The notes below the pieces were generated by a model that saw nothing but the letters and a program-made list of their open reading frames with translations, made no database searches and was not told the DNA's origin. This document shows, piece after piece, positions 35,051-48,004 of a stretch of 64,000 nucleotides of DNA; the stretch's first letter is position 1; each line of letters begins with the position of its first letter. Position numbers and translations under genes: made by a program. The stretch is from Octopus vulgaris (lineage: Eukaryota): the NCBI GenBank assembly GCA_951406725.2, contig OX597831.1:58528001-58592000 (forward strand), written 5' to 3'.

Positions 35051-38000
35051 AATAGTTAGTAAAACTACTCGATGATTCTGAAGCTCAAAATGGTTTCCGC
35101 CTTGAAAAAGACGGGGATAGCGCAAAGTAGAAAGCCCAGCAGTTATATTTGATATTACGCATGTTAGTAGAAGTTAAAAGAAGGAAAACACGAAAAGAAC
35201 GGCAACAACAATTGACTCCAATGGCTGATGTCCCAACGAAGTTGTCATGAAAATTTCGGCACTGGAATAAAAATTCGTTTGTTTCTCAGTCCTTAACTCT
35301 CTCAGAAAGCTGGGGAATTCCTGTTTCCGGCTTTAGTGAGCTGTGAGACGTAGGTAGAAATAGAGGAGGAGCTGGATGGTTTACAGCTCATACATCTGTG
35401 AATATTATCTAACCCAGATCCTTAAATGATCGGAGAGTTAGTTTCATCCTCGATTTTAGGCGTGCATAAGTGCCAGTGTGCCAACTCCTCACACAAGAAC
35501 ATAAGTTCATCGTCTTCTGAAAAGGGGAACGTAATGACAGCGAAGAAGAGTAAAAGACTACTGGAAACTGGAGGTGACAAATACAGAAAAGAAAACAGAT
35601 TCAGCCCTAATTCAAAGAGCAAGAAATGCAGCAAAGGTGATGACGATTAAATACAATTAACGATTGTTTGAAAGATGAACCAACTGTTGTCTCATTAACA
35701 AATTTCTTATTTCTCGCATTTCTTTTTATTTCTTCCAAAGTTACTGGTAGTTCACGCAAAATGTTCCACATCACTCTTTGTTTCTGTTTCCGGGTTTAGC
35801 ACAGCTATTACGTTGTCCTTCGGAATTAGCCTAGACAGAGCATCGGCATGCCCCATCTCTTCTGAAGGAAGATATTCCATTCTATAATCGTAATTTAATA
35901 AAATGGTATCTCATCGCTGCTTTCTGTTTGCCGTATGTGTCGGGATACCTTTCTTGGACTTGTATATCGTTATTAGATATCTATAATCCGTTTGTAACCC
36001 ATAACGTCTGTCGTGCATGAACCTGTGACATTTTTACATGCCAAATATAATAGCCAACGCCTTTTTTTCAATCTGGCTAGAGCTGTTAGCCGCCGGCAAT
36101 AATGTCCCTGATATGTGAACTATAGCCTTTCTTCTGCCATCGTTATCTTTTTGTACGAACACAGCTCCTATCCTATATTCGCTGTCATCTGTAGCTAGTA
36201 TTATCTGTAACGTTGGGTCAAAATGCGTAAGATACAAGTCTGAAGTTAACACATCTGTTAACTCGTTAAATGCTTTCTGTCATTTCTCTTTGTCTTTGTT
36301 TCTGCCTCTGTTCTTAGGCTTGCTATTATGGTGTCCTCCAGCGGTTAGTTGTTTCTCGGAATTAGCCTAGACAGACCATCGACAAACAAGAAAAGTAATG
36401 TGGAACATCGTGCGTGAACTACCAGTAACTTTGGAAGAAATGAAAAGAAATGTGAGAAATGACAAACCCATTTGGCATCTTTTAAAATAATTCATTAAGT
36501 GGTGCCCTTACCTTATGTATATTTGGTAAATACACTTGGTAATAATTTACTAAGTCTTGCAATACTTGTAGCCATGCCACGTTCTTCGGGGGCGGCATGT
36601 TTCGTATTGCCGTCGCCCTTGATGGGTTCGGTCTACCTCCATTTATGCCGATTAGTTGACATACGAATTTTATTTATTCCATAAAATTTGGCATTTTTCT
36701 TCTGTCAGTTTTAGTCCATATTCTCTTATTCTCTCGAACACTGTCTTTATGTTTTCGACATGTTGCACCCGAGACTCTTTATCAGAATGCCATCTAGGCA
36801 ATCACTTATATCGCATCCATTATTTGTTGGAATATGTGGGTGCCACTTTTACTCCAAACGGCAGTCTTTTGAACTTGTATAATCCACCCTGCGTGTTGGT
36901 TGCTAGTAGATGTGTGCAATCTTCTAACTGAATTTCAAAGTACGACTCTGAGATATCTAACTTTGAAAATTTTTCTCTCCTTTTAGCTTAGCAAATACTT
37001 CTTCTGGGCTTGGAATTTGATAATTGTGTGTCAGTAAACAGTCTTTTAACCTGGTTGAGAAGCCTGCGCACACTCTTTGCTTATTCTTATTTTTTTACGT
37101 ACATCACCGGCGCTACCCAGTCTGCATGTTCAATCTTTCCAATTATATTCAGGCTTTCCAGCCTTTCTAGTTTTTTATTGACCTGGTTTAACGCCGCAAA
37201 CGACACGTTCTGTTTGGGCTTGAAAACAAGTGTTGAATTTTCTTTGCTAGCAATCCGTGCTTTTGTTTTTGTGCAACAGCCTAAACGTTCCGAAATTCTT
37301 TCGGGAATGTTTCTTTCATCTCTTGTTTCATCGTTCGTTTGACTGCACCATTTACGTTATTGCACAAAACGCTTATGGGTGTGTCCCATAAATTAAAGTT
37401 CTCCATACATTCGGTGCCAAATAAATTCATGGAGTTTTTCGATACATAAACATTCGCTTATTTGGTTCTGCTTTGAACATTTTATTAAAAACGCGTTCAT
37501 TCGTGAAATATTATTTTCTTCCCGTAACACCGTGCGCTATTTTGTTTGAAATATATAATTTTGGTTTACCCATTTGTTCCCATGTTTTCTCATTTATGAT
37601 TGTGATATCACACCCCGCGTCTAATTACATTCAGACACTATTCTTTTCAATTCTCACATTCACAATTTTTCTGTTTGTTGTAGTCACAACATTTCCTGTT
37701 GACAAACTATTAATTTTTTCTTGTTTGTTCCATTTTCCTATCATTCTAGTTTTGCAGTGCGATTTTATATGTCCTATTTACCCGCAGCGAAAGCACTTTG
37801 CTTTTTTATACGGACTACCTTTTTACTGGTGCATCTCACCACATGCCATACACGGTTCGACATCTCCATATTTTTTTCTGTTTGTCCTGCAACACTATTT
37901 GTCTTCGGACTTTTTTTTTTGCACTGGTCGTAAGTTGAATTTCTTCCGTTCTATTTTCTTTCGGATTTCTGCATCCCTTCTATCTGTCAATTCTAGTGCA

Positions 38001-38569
38001 AAAGTCAAACACTTGAAATAATGTGGAGTAAGCATATCTTGCCTAAATCTTTCCACTTGTTTGTTGACTCTGCCACATTTCCATTAAACAGTGAAGTGAA
38101 ATTTATGTCAGACACTTTTTTGTGGCAGTATGAAGTTACTATACATCTCATGTTTTGCTGTCGCTAGTTTTCTTAAATTTAAATGTGTTTTCATATCGTC
38201 CGTCCAATCTTGACATTTTTTTCCAAATTTGTTTTTTAAATATCTGAAAGTAAGCCCCGAAAGTTACTCCTTCTTCGGGCTTATATTTGCATTCGCTTGT
38301 GGAATTTGCTACATGGTCAGGTGAAAATATATTCTCCGAATTGGTTATCAACTTCATTAGGTATAAGGTTTGCTGCTACAATTTGTGTTGCTCTTCTTGT
38401 TGTTTCTTTATTTGTTGTTGTTGCTGTTTTTGCAACTCAACTATCCCAGCTAATAATTCTTTCATATTTTATGATTTTTTTTTTGTCGAGGTATTAAATT
38501 TTCTACATGGATTAGTTTAATACTTCCGTGTAAATTACTTTTTTTTTCACTACACGTAAAGTTGTTTTT

Positions 38570-38581
38570 CCTCGTCGCCTC
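38570..38581 (-). promoter_or_regulatory. Primer-binding site, tRNA-Ser(GCT)-like
   Basis: Minus strand GAGGCGACGAGG directly after the LTR, one mismatch from TGGCGACGAGG, which is complementary to the ..CCTCGTCGCCA 3' end of tRNA-Ser(GCT). Confidence 0.7.
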
Positions 38582-38899
38582 TGTTGTAAAGCAGTCTTTT
38601 ACCACTACAGTATCTGTGTTTTGGCTAGGATTGTCGGTCTGATAGATATTGTTTTATTCCGAAGAATGGTTCTATCTGCAACTGCACAACCGCAGTCATA
38701 CAGTGTTATTATCCCCAAAAGTTTAGATCGATATAACGTCTACTGAATATCAGTATTACTCTATCAGAACAGACACGACTATCAATGCAGTCTACACGTA
38801 CTCTTGACTTTCTGACATTCGACTGGCTACTTGTCTGTTTATAATGGCTGATTACTACCACAGTTTACCAGGAGGAATGTACAGTTTCATTATACAACA
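38582..38899 (-). repeat. 5' LTR (318 bp) of the Gypsy element
   Basis: Bounded by the inverted termini TGTTGTA...TACAACA and followed on the minus strand by the PBS. Confidence 0.8.
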
Positions 38900-39167
38900 G
38901 AAAAATAACAAAGAGAAAAGGAAAGTAGTAAAGAAAAGAAAGAAAAGTAAGAGAATAAAGGTAGAACGACGGGAGGAATAAATATAAATATCATAAGATT
39001 CTGAATTCGCTTAAACCAAATTTATTCGCGGCTGAATTATTTTGGCTATTCACAAGTGGCTGAGATGGACGAGCTTGTATATAAGTGTGAACATTTGTAA
39101 ATGCACTGTGGATCCGTTGTGTTTGTATGGTATGTATAGATGTTTATAATTATGTACTTTCGGTTAT

Positions 39168-39225
39168 GTCATACTGAAGACGTTAAAGTTATATTACATT
39201 ACTAAACCAGAAATCGATCTATGGC
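39168..39225 (+). ncRNA. Type I hammerhead ribozyme motif with palindromic stem III
   Basis: GTCATA-CTGAAGA-[29-nt imperfect stem II]-GAAA-TCGA-TC-TATGGC: intact core, 6-bp stem I with one G-U pair, AUC cleavage triplet. Confidence 0.75.
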
Positions 39226-39359
39226 TGAACTTTTTCAAAAAATCTTCTTTGTTCATTCCGTCGCTTCCAGCCCGTGTCTATGTGATAAATGAAACAGTTT
39301 TAGAGCCATTAGCGTATTCTAGCATGTGGCATTACTTGGTAGTTGCCCTTATTATAATT

Positions 39360-41317
39360 TATTTTGGACCTCGTGCCTAAAAAAAGGTTATTCTACATCA
39401 ATAGAGAATTAAACCACTGTCCTCGTATGCTTAAGAATTTGTTGAGTAGTATAGATAAACACATTTCCTCATTGTCATCGGAAGAGGCCGCATTAAAGGA
39501 TGCCTCCGGAGTGAAAATGATCTACTGTGCAGTACTGTATTCTCTGAGAAGATAACCTACATCGCTAGTGGGAGCGAATCTACAAGTAGTCATTGTTAAA
39601 ATAATAGAAAGGTTTTGTGGCATAATCAAATATTCATCATTAGTATTAGAACTTATATGGGTAGGAAATTTAGTTTCTGAGCATTTATCATAAATATTAC
39701 TGAATCTTCAAAAGATGAACGTTAAATGTCAGCTATTCATGTTGGAAGAACTTCGTACCTTTAGTTAACCATCATAACAACGCCATTTTCAACCAGCATA
39801 ACCTAACTAGAGAACGAATTTGCTGAAGAACGTCTATGCAATTTTAAAGACTTGGATGCCATTTTTTAGATGGTAAATGCCTAATTAAAGGCGTTGTATA
39901 TAGAGCTAAGGTATAGATTGCCAGCATCTCTATATATGAAACTTATACTGCTGCAACAAAAAATATCTTCAAAATGAAACTTCACTGACAGAGAAATTAG
40001 GCAACGACCAAAGTTAAGCGAGTATGGCAATTAAAAGAAAACCGCTCTGTCCCATTGAAGGGACATTGGTCTATTTTTGAGAATGCTAACACTTACAGGC
40101 ATACATCGTACCGAAATTCTATATATCCGTTTCGTTTGAGTAAGAACGTACTTTAGAGTATTCTAAAAAAAATATGTATTAAATCACAAGATGGAGCTCC
40201 CAAATTTCTGAAACACTTATCTAGGTTCCTTCTGTGTTGCTAGAAGATTTCTTATGGATAATCAATTTAAGCTTCGTCAAACATTATCGACCTTTCAAAA
40301 TGGCCCTGTTCATTATATGTAATTTGGTTTTTGTTGACATTTTACACTGTGTTTCGCCCACATTTTCTTTTATGGATATGCAACTAATAAATGGATGCCT
40401 AGAGAAATTTGCGTAATGTCAAGAGGAGAAATTGGAAGATTGCTTATCTCCCAATTACTCCGCCTGACGAAGGAAGCCGGTATTACGGTAATGTTATTAT
40501 TCATCCATCAACTGGTTCCACATTTATGAAGTTTTGCACATACCATCTGCCCGTTTTGAACGTTGCAACTATGACATAATTCCAAGTATCTATAATTCAT
40601 TTTTTTACTTTAACTGTATTCGTGCTTTGTTTTTTACTCTTTTAAATTACACGTTATTTATACTCTTTCACATATTTCGCCCACAATTTTTCTATTATCT
40701 AGCATTCACCATTTCGAACCATCATATACACCAAAACATTTCTTTTTATATATGTAGCATTGTCTCTTCACCAATTCTACCTTATCACTTTTATTTACGC
40801 CTCGACTCTTTATTTCCTTACTTTTCTTTTTTCTCTTCTATTTTCCTTCACTATTTTGTTTCGCTTTTTCCTCCTTTTATGAAGAGTGCACTTTTATTTG
40901 TTCACTTTTCTTAATCTCAACTATCGCCCTTTAATATTTAATTTTAATTTTAATTTCAATTCATCCTTCCTCGTTTGGCTTATTTATTATATATTCATTT
41001 TAATCATATGCAAAGTTTATTTCTTGACGTAGTCTATTATATTTCATACACCTCCTCACCTGTTTTCACGAAAAGTGTTCCGATTCAGCTATTGATTATA
41101 TTTATCTCTCCGCTACTGTCAACCGACACTGGTAGCCACTTAGCCATTTTACCTAATTAACTTTAAATGATTCAACTTTAACTAGTATGTGCAAAACATT
41201 ATGTATACGAACACATTTAAAAAAAAATTATTATTCAGTATCATCTCAAATGTCTGACTAAAGGACATGTGAAACAGTTTGTGCAATTCTTTTGTCTTCA
41301 ATAAAATAGTACATATC

Positions 41318-41320
<3 letters not shown>
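39360..41320 (+). mobile_element. Decayed Penelope-like element (thumb, GIY-YIG, long pyrimidine-rich 3' region)
   Basis: YINRELNHCPRMLKNLLSSIDKHISSLSSEE (YI..SNHP..LKN..I..ISxLSS); VLWHN; GKCLIKGVVYRAKV; TKLS. A CTGACGA remnant lies at ~40465. Confidence 0.75.
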
Positions 41321-41350
<30 letters not shown>

Positions 41351-41381
41351 TTATATATATGTACAACAGATTAAATAGATT

Positions 41382-42278
41382 AGCAATTAGAACCTAAAGG
41401 CACAATTAATAGCGGTCACAAAAGTGACACTGGGTAGAGACTAGCACCTCTTTTGCTAAAAGTAAGAGTTAAAACAACTCAAAAGCCACAGGAGAACTGA
41501 AATTAATGACTGACAAAGGGAGGTAATCCCCTGCTTACATAGATGGATCACGATTTCGGATTTTGATATAGACCATCGTAAACCTCATCAGCGATTCTTA
41601 ACGCCTGCGGTTAATCTCAACTACCTCTGTCAGTCGTATAAGAAAAACCGTTGAAAACGTGTTAATTTTCAAAACGTTAAAATAGTAGACAACAAATTAA
41701 TAAGTGTGGCTTATTGGCAATTAGGACCTAAAGGCAAAAAAAGCTGCACATGTTTTCAACGGTTTTTCTTATAAGCCTAACAGAGATAGTTGAGTTTAAC
41801 TCAAGGCGTTAAGATGGTCTACATCAAAATCCGAAATCGCGATTCAGCTAAGTACGCTGGGGATTTACCTCCCTTTGTCAGTCATTAAGTTCAGTGCTTT
41901 TCTGACTTTTGAGTTGTTTTAACTGTTACTTTTAGCAAAAGAGGTGCTAGTCAGTACACACTGTCATTTTCGTGAGTTCTATTAATTTTGCCTGTAGGTC
42001 CTCATTTCTAGTAAGCCACTGTTTAGAATTTGTTATTTACACTTTTACCATGTTTTCAAAGGTTTTTGTTATAATACTGACAGAGGTAAATGAGTTCAAC
42101 GGTAGGCGTTCAAAGTTGCGGATGAGGATTAAGATCAAAATCAAAATCAAAATCAAAATCACGATCCGACAAGGTACGCTGGGGACTTACCTCCCTTTGT
42201 TAGACAACAGTTTCAGTGTCTTTGTGGTATTTGAGCTATTTTAACTCATATTTGTAGGAAAAGAGGTACTATTATGTA

Positions 42279-42280
<2 letters not shown>
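41382..42280. repeat. ~300-bp HHR-bearing unit: one inverted copy plus two tandem direct copies
   Basis: 41382-41738 is the reverse complement of the unit at 41748-42047, which repeats at 42048-42280. Confidence 0.85.
41542..41596 (-). ncRNA. Hammerhead ribozyme motif in the inverted unit
   Basis: Minus strand G-CTGATGA-GGTTTACGATGGTCTATATCAAAATCC-GAAA-TCGTGA-TC-C: core intact, stems I and II partly eroded. Confidence 0.65.
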
Positions 42281-42326
<46 letters not shown>

Positions 42327-42332
42327 ACACAA

Positions 42333-42367
<35 letters not shown>

Positions 42368-42379
42368 CATATATATATA

Positions 42380-42551
42380 CAACTTATAAAATAAGGGCAA
42401 AAGAAAAATTTTAATGCCAAATATGCCAAAAAAAAATTATGCGTCTCGGCATGTTTCGAGACGCATATATTATAATGGTTATTGACGATTTTGTCTTTTT
42501 TTCGGCATATTTGGCATTAGAATTTTTCTTTTGCCCTTATTTTATTAGTTG
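42380..42551. repeat. Fold-back, ~55-bp arms with an inner hairpin
   Basis: CAACTTATAAAATAAGGGCAAAAGAAAAATTTTAATGCCAAATATGCC / GGCATATTTGGCATTAGAATTTTTCTTTTGCCCTTATTTTATTAGTTG; inner TATGCGTCTCG..CGAGACGCATA. Confidence 0.9.
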
Positions 42552-42639
42552 TTTATAAATTTAACCTTTAAAGGTATTTTCTGATATGCTGGCCATTGAT
42601 AACATTTTTTTTCGAAAAAAATGTTTATCCCATTAGTTA

Positions 42640-42675
<36 letters not shown>

Positions 42676-42816
42676 CATATATATAGACATATATGTACGT
42701 ATGTATAGACATATATGTACATATATATATATATACATACATGGGTACGTATATGTACCCATGTATATATATATATATATATATATATATTCATACATAT
42801 ATACAGACATATATAA

Positions 42817-42890
<74 letters not shown>

Positions 42891-43390
42891 GTATATACAT
42901 ATTTACATACACACATAAAGTTGTTAATATACTTCAATATTTTTGGGCCGTTAAATTCTCATCTTATTTTGGTGTCGTATGCCATGACTTGGTAATTTGA
43001 AACGTTTTTGAACACATACATCGCGACGCCAAACTAGAGCTGTTTCTTGGAGACAGGAAGAGAGTTTGAGATTGAGAGACATAAGGAAAGAGAAGAGAGA
43101 GAGACAGACAGAAAGAAAGAAACAGAAAGGCAATATAAACAAAGAAAGAAACACGCAAATACAGATATAGGGGAAGAATCGATCTTAATACATGACTGAT
43201 TTCATTGATCTCGAAAGCATAGTTGTCAAATCTATTTCGGAAGCATTTGAGCTTAGGATATGGAGAGGTGAGACGAATATCACACACACGTGCGCACACA
43301 CACGCATGCCTATATGTATAGATTCAAATATATATGTATATATATATATATATATATATAAATGCATATGTATGTATAGATATACATACA

Positions 43391-43444
<54 letters not shown>

Positions 43445-44611
43445 CATATATATATACATATATATATAAATATACACACATATATATATATATGTTTATG
43501 TATATAGACACAGATATATGTACATGTATATATATATATATATATACATGTATATATGTATTTATATAATATATACCTCATTTTGTGTGTGTGTGTGCAT
43601 ATATATACATACATATATATATATATATTTATATGCATGTGTGTACATATGAGTGTTTGTATATATATATATATATATGAGTATGTGTGTTTGTATACAT
43701 ACGTACTTGTACATAGATCCATACATGTGCATATAAATACATACATACACGCATACACATATATAATTTTCCGGGGAAATCTATTAACCAAGCGATCTTT
43801 GCAAGAGGCTTTTACGTACACTAACCGAATTATACAAGTTTCCTTCGACGAAATGAAATGACATATTGACAAAGACAAAACACAAAAGCATAAGAATAAT
43901 AAAAAAAACAAAATCAAACGAAATCAAATAGTAAAAAAATGTAATACAAAAAAACCTAATGGTCGCAGATCAACAAAACAGAAAAGAAAAATGATGGAAA
44001 ATAAACATATAAAAATAACAAGTAAATAAACAATAATTACGTTTCGGACTTCATTAGGTAAGTTGTAAAATGACTTTGGCGAAGACATGGCTAAAGTGTA
44101 GTAAAGAGTAATGTAATTTTAAACAGACAGTTATGTCGGTGACCTCAAGATATTGAAAAGAAAACGGCAACTGCATCATATTGTATTATTATGTCGCCAT
44201 TAAGTGTGTCGCTGAGACATATTGTCAATAGGCATTTACCAGGCAGAGACAGATAAATAGTGATGTTTACACGAGCGCAAAGTCCTATCCGCAGACACAC
44301 AAAAATCGCACATATATTTTCTGCATCACGCTGACGTATACACACCAGCAAATGTATTATCGTTTATATTTATAAGCACGTATCTGTCTGTGTATGCATG
44401 TACGCTCTCACTTTCTCTTTATCTACCTCCCTCACTACCTCACTCCCTCACTCACTCACTCACTCACTCACTCACTCACTCACTCACTCACTCACTCACT
44501 CACTCTCTGTCTGTCTGTCTGTCTCTCTATACATATACATAGATACACACACATTTATACATATGTACATATACACATATGTACATATATCTATATCTAT
44601 CTATCTATCTC

Positions 44612-44731
<120 letters not shown>

Positions 44732-44747
44732 TTTATATATACACATA

Positions 44748-44896
44748 GGCGTAGGAGTGGCTGTGTGGTAAGTAGCTTGCTTACCAGCCACATGTTTCCG
44801 GGTTCAGTCCCACTGCGTGGCACCTTTGAATGAAAAGTGTCTTCTACTATAGCTCAGGCCGACCAAAGCCCTGTGAGTGGATTTGGTAGACGGAAA
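44748..44896 (+). mobile_element. SINE family B, 5' half
   Basis: GGCGTAGGAGTGGCTGTGTGGTAAGTAGCTTGC..CCGGGTTCAGTCCCACTGCG..GATTTGGTAGACGGAAA. Confidence 0.85.
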
Positions 44897-45309
44897 TATA
44901 TATATATATAGGAAGACTTCAGAAATATGTTGGCTGATCAGCTATTCGAAAGCAACATTTATATTCAACGAAAGAAAAGCATCTTTAAGAATACCTATTA
45001 AAATTTTTCATAGAATTTGGTACACTTATTCTTACATATACGTAAAAAAGGCTATTTAGTATAACCGCCATCAGTCTCAATTACTGCCGTGATAGCTTCC
45101 GAAACGATGAAATGCGTTGAACCGGTCATCTGTATTCATGTTGCCCAAAATATCTTTCAAAAGCTGTTATCAACCTGTCCTTGGAATTGTGGGCTTGCTT
45201 GTCCAGGAGGTTTCACTAAGAGGCCAAGCGTTTAAGAATAACATGATCGTGATAATTTTCGATCATCCACTCTTGAGTCATTCACGCTGTTTGAGAGAAA
45301 GAGATAGAG

Positions 45310-45376
<67 letters not shown>

Positions 45377-45399
45377 AGTGTTTTGCTGGAATAAGTATC

Positions 45400-46060
45400 A
45401 CTTCCTCCAAGTGACTCCAGGGCCTGACAAAACTGAGGAGGCTGACTTGACCCTCATTATTCCATTATGGACGATACAAAATTGGTGTGCATAAAGGTAA
45501 AGACTTCATTAGTGCTATCGCGGTGCCATCTCTCAATCCTGTTGTTCACTTTTAGAGATCTTCGACAAAGCTCTCCTCTAAGAAGAACCAAGCTGGAATC
45601 CTTGAGAGCTTGAGTTTCTTCCGCAAGTACTGCAACCAGATAACACAGTTCTCCCAGGTCTTATTGGACTTGAATCGTCTCTTCTTACATAACATACGAT
45701 TTATACTTGACATCTGCGTGTACTACACTTCCAATCGTTGGTTTCGGTACACGCAGAAGATTGGCAATGCCCTGCATTGACTATCAGGGATTCTCCTTGA
45801 TGTTGGTCTTAACTTGCTGGAAAAGTTCAACTGTTCTGACGCTGCCTGACCGTCGAGGATGTTTAAATTTTTTTTTAGCCTGAGAATACACATTCCTGCT
45901 AGAGGCTTGGAGATCTTTTCTAATCACAAACATGAAGGACCTGTTGGGATTTAAGTAGGCTACAATCTCAGAAGTACCTTGGTTGGCTTGGAGACAAAAG
46001 CATAGAGAACATGTATTTTCCCCGGTCTACGTTAGATTCGAAGCCTCGATCTTGGGGCTC
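45400..46060 (-). mobile_element. Tc1/mariner (maT/DD37D-like) transposase remnant
   Basis: Minus strand KHPRRSGSVRTVELFQQVKTNIKENP**SMQGIANLLRVPKPTIGSVVHADVKYKSYVM..WFFLEES..KVNNRIERW..EVFTFMHTNF (eroded WFSDE..VN.RNDRW..HTKFP). Confidence 0.7.
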
Positions 46061-46139
46061 AAAAATAAGAGGATATTTTGTTAAGTGCTTGGACGACTGA
46101 TGGTTTTTGAAAGTTTTGTTCTGAAATAGATTTCACACC

Positions 46140-46177
<38 letters not shown>

Positions 46178-47248
46178 GCACAAATAAATGTATATATGTA
46201 TATATAAATAAATGTATATATATATATATATATATGTATGTGTATATATATATATATATATACACACAAAAAAATGTATATATGTATATATATATACATA
46301 TATATATGTGTGTGTGTGTGTGACAATATGCTCATATGTGTATCAGCGAGTGGAGTGTGGCCATTTGACTTATTGTATTTTTGTGCATAGAAATTTTGTA
46401 ACGTCTGTAGACGAAATATAATAGCTTTTGACACTAAGCAATTTAAAAGCTCTAGACTAGTAGACAACTCCACAGTAAACTCTCTTTATAAATTATGTAA
46501 CTTTGATTTTGTTTCTCTAAACGAATTATATACATATGTCCATATTCCAAATGTGTCTCCCAAAGACAAATCATCTATAAATGCATATCTTGGCCACTGT
46601 CTCCGTTGTTCAAGGTGTAGGATTTATTTCATTATCTACAGAGTCAGTATTTGTTACATTGCTGCTAACTCATTTTTAATGGAAGCCATCTCATATGCTA
46701 TTCATACAACTTTTGTAATTACCGCATCTCCAACCATGGCGAAAGTACTAAACAATTTCAGAATTTTATTAATTTTTTGGGTAGTTTTAGAGTAAAAAAA
46801 TATAAAGTTGTTATATCGGACCATAACTTTCTGCACAGCTTTGGCACGGTGATGGAACAGAAGTTGCTTCCACATGGAAATATAAATTGTAACATTGTTA
46901 AATATTATAGGAAACTTAACATCACCTCCTCTGCATTAGTTCGACCTATATTCACATCATACTGCAAACGATACTGAACATTAATAGAAAGCATTCTTAA
47001 ATCTATTGCATCCTAACTAAAAATATACTCACGTACAAATTGTTAAAATCTTTATGAAGAACAATGCTAAAAATGAATCTATGACAGGCTGTTAAGAACC
47101 ATGTATGAAACTAAAGAAATCAAAGCTGTTGCGCACAAATTGTGAATTTTCAAGAGGCCCTCTGTGTATTAATAATTCAAGAACGTTGTTGATAAAATAA
47201 CTTGCTGGAATTGTTTGTTAATTGATAGTATATATATATGTTATCTTA

Positions 47249-47847
47249 AGGCGGCGAGCTGGCAGAATCGTTAGTACGCCGGAAGAAATGCTCGGCGGTA
47301 TTTCGTCTGCCGCTACGTTCTGAGTTCAAATTCCGTTGGGGTCGACTTTGCCTTTGATCCTTTCGGGGTCATTAAATTAAGGACCAGTTACGCACCAGGG
47401 TCTATATAACCGATTTAATCCGTTCGTCTGTCCTTGCTTGTCCTCTCTGTGTTTAGCCCCTTGTGGGTAGTAAAGAAATAGGTATTTCGTGTGCGCTACG
47501 TTCTGAGTTCAAATTCCGCCGAGGTCGACTTGCCTTTCATCCTTTCGGGGTCGATTAAATAAGTACCAGTTACGCACTGGGGTCGATATAATCGACTTAA
47601 TCCGTTTGTCTGTCCTTGTTTGTCCCCTCTGTATTTAGCCCCTTGTGGGTAGTAAAGAAATAGGTATTTCGTCTGCCGCTACGTTCTGAGTTCAAATTAC
47701 GCCGAGGTTGACTTATTTAATCGACCCCGAAAAAAATGAGAGGCAAAGTCGACCTCGGAGGAATTTGAACTCATAACGTAACGACAGACGAAATACCGCT
47801 AAGCATTTCGCCCGGCACGCTAACGTTCCTGCCAGCTCGCCGCCTTT
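47249..47847. mobile_element. SINE family A array (+, B-boxes at 47322, 47505, 47688) fused to an inverted SINE head (-, 47710-47847)
   Basis: Starts AGGCGGCGAGCTGGCAG and ends CTGCCAGCTCGCCGCCTT; 183-bp period. Confidence 0.9.
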
Positions 47848-48004
47848 ATGATCATACCACCGGTTTCTCAAGTACTGTGCATTTAAAACTGCATTATGCA
47901 AATGTTTCCTCCGATGATGTAAAGTGTAGCTTGAAATAAATTTGAGATCTGTATCAAACAGGTCAAATGACTGTATGAAAATTCACGCTACCTGTTTCTT
48001 TTTA

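Larger units (their letters stand above)
35690..38899 (-). mobile_element. Decayed Ty3/Gypsy (Mag-like) LTR retrotransposon, 3'-truncated
   Basis: Gag knuckles CMACGEMH and CFRCG*IGHIKSHC; protease LDAGCDITII; RT DWVAPVMYVKK, FSKLDISESY, GLYKFKRLPFGVKVAP, LDDIL; RNase H ILATDDSEYRIGAV..SQIEKKALAIIFG..GHADALSRL. Integrase and 3' LTR not seen. Confidence 0.9.

Noticed and set aside
35426-35650. 74-aa Ser/Lys-rich ORF
   Set aside because: No recognisable domain or splice context, and it lies among transposon debris.
44036-44062. CTAATGA-AGTCC-GAAACGTA on the minus strand as a hammerhead
   Set aside because: Core is mutated, with no stem II and no stem I pairing; it could be chance.
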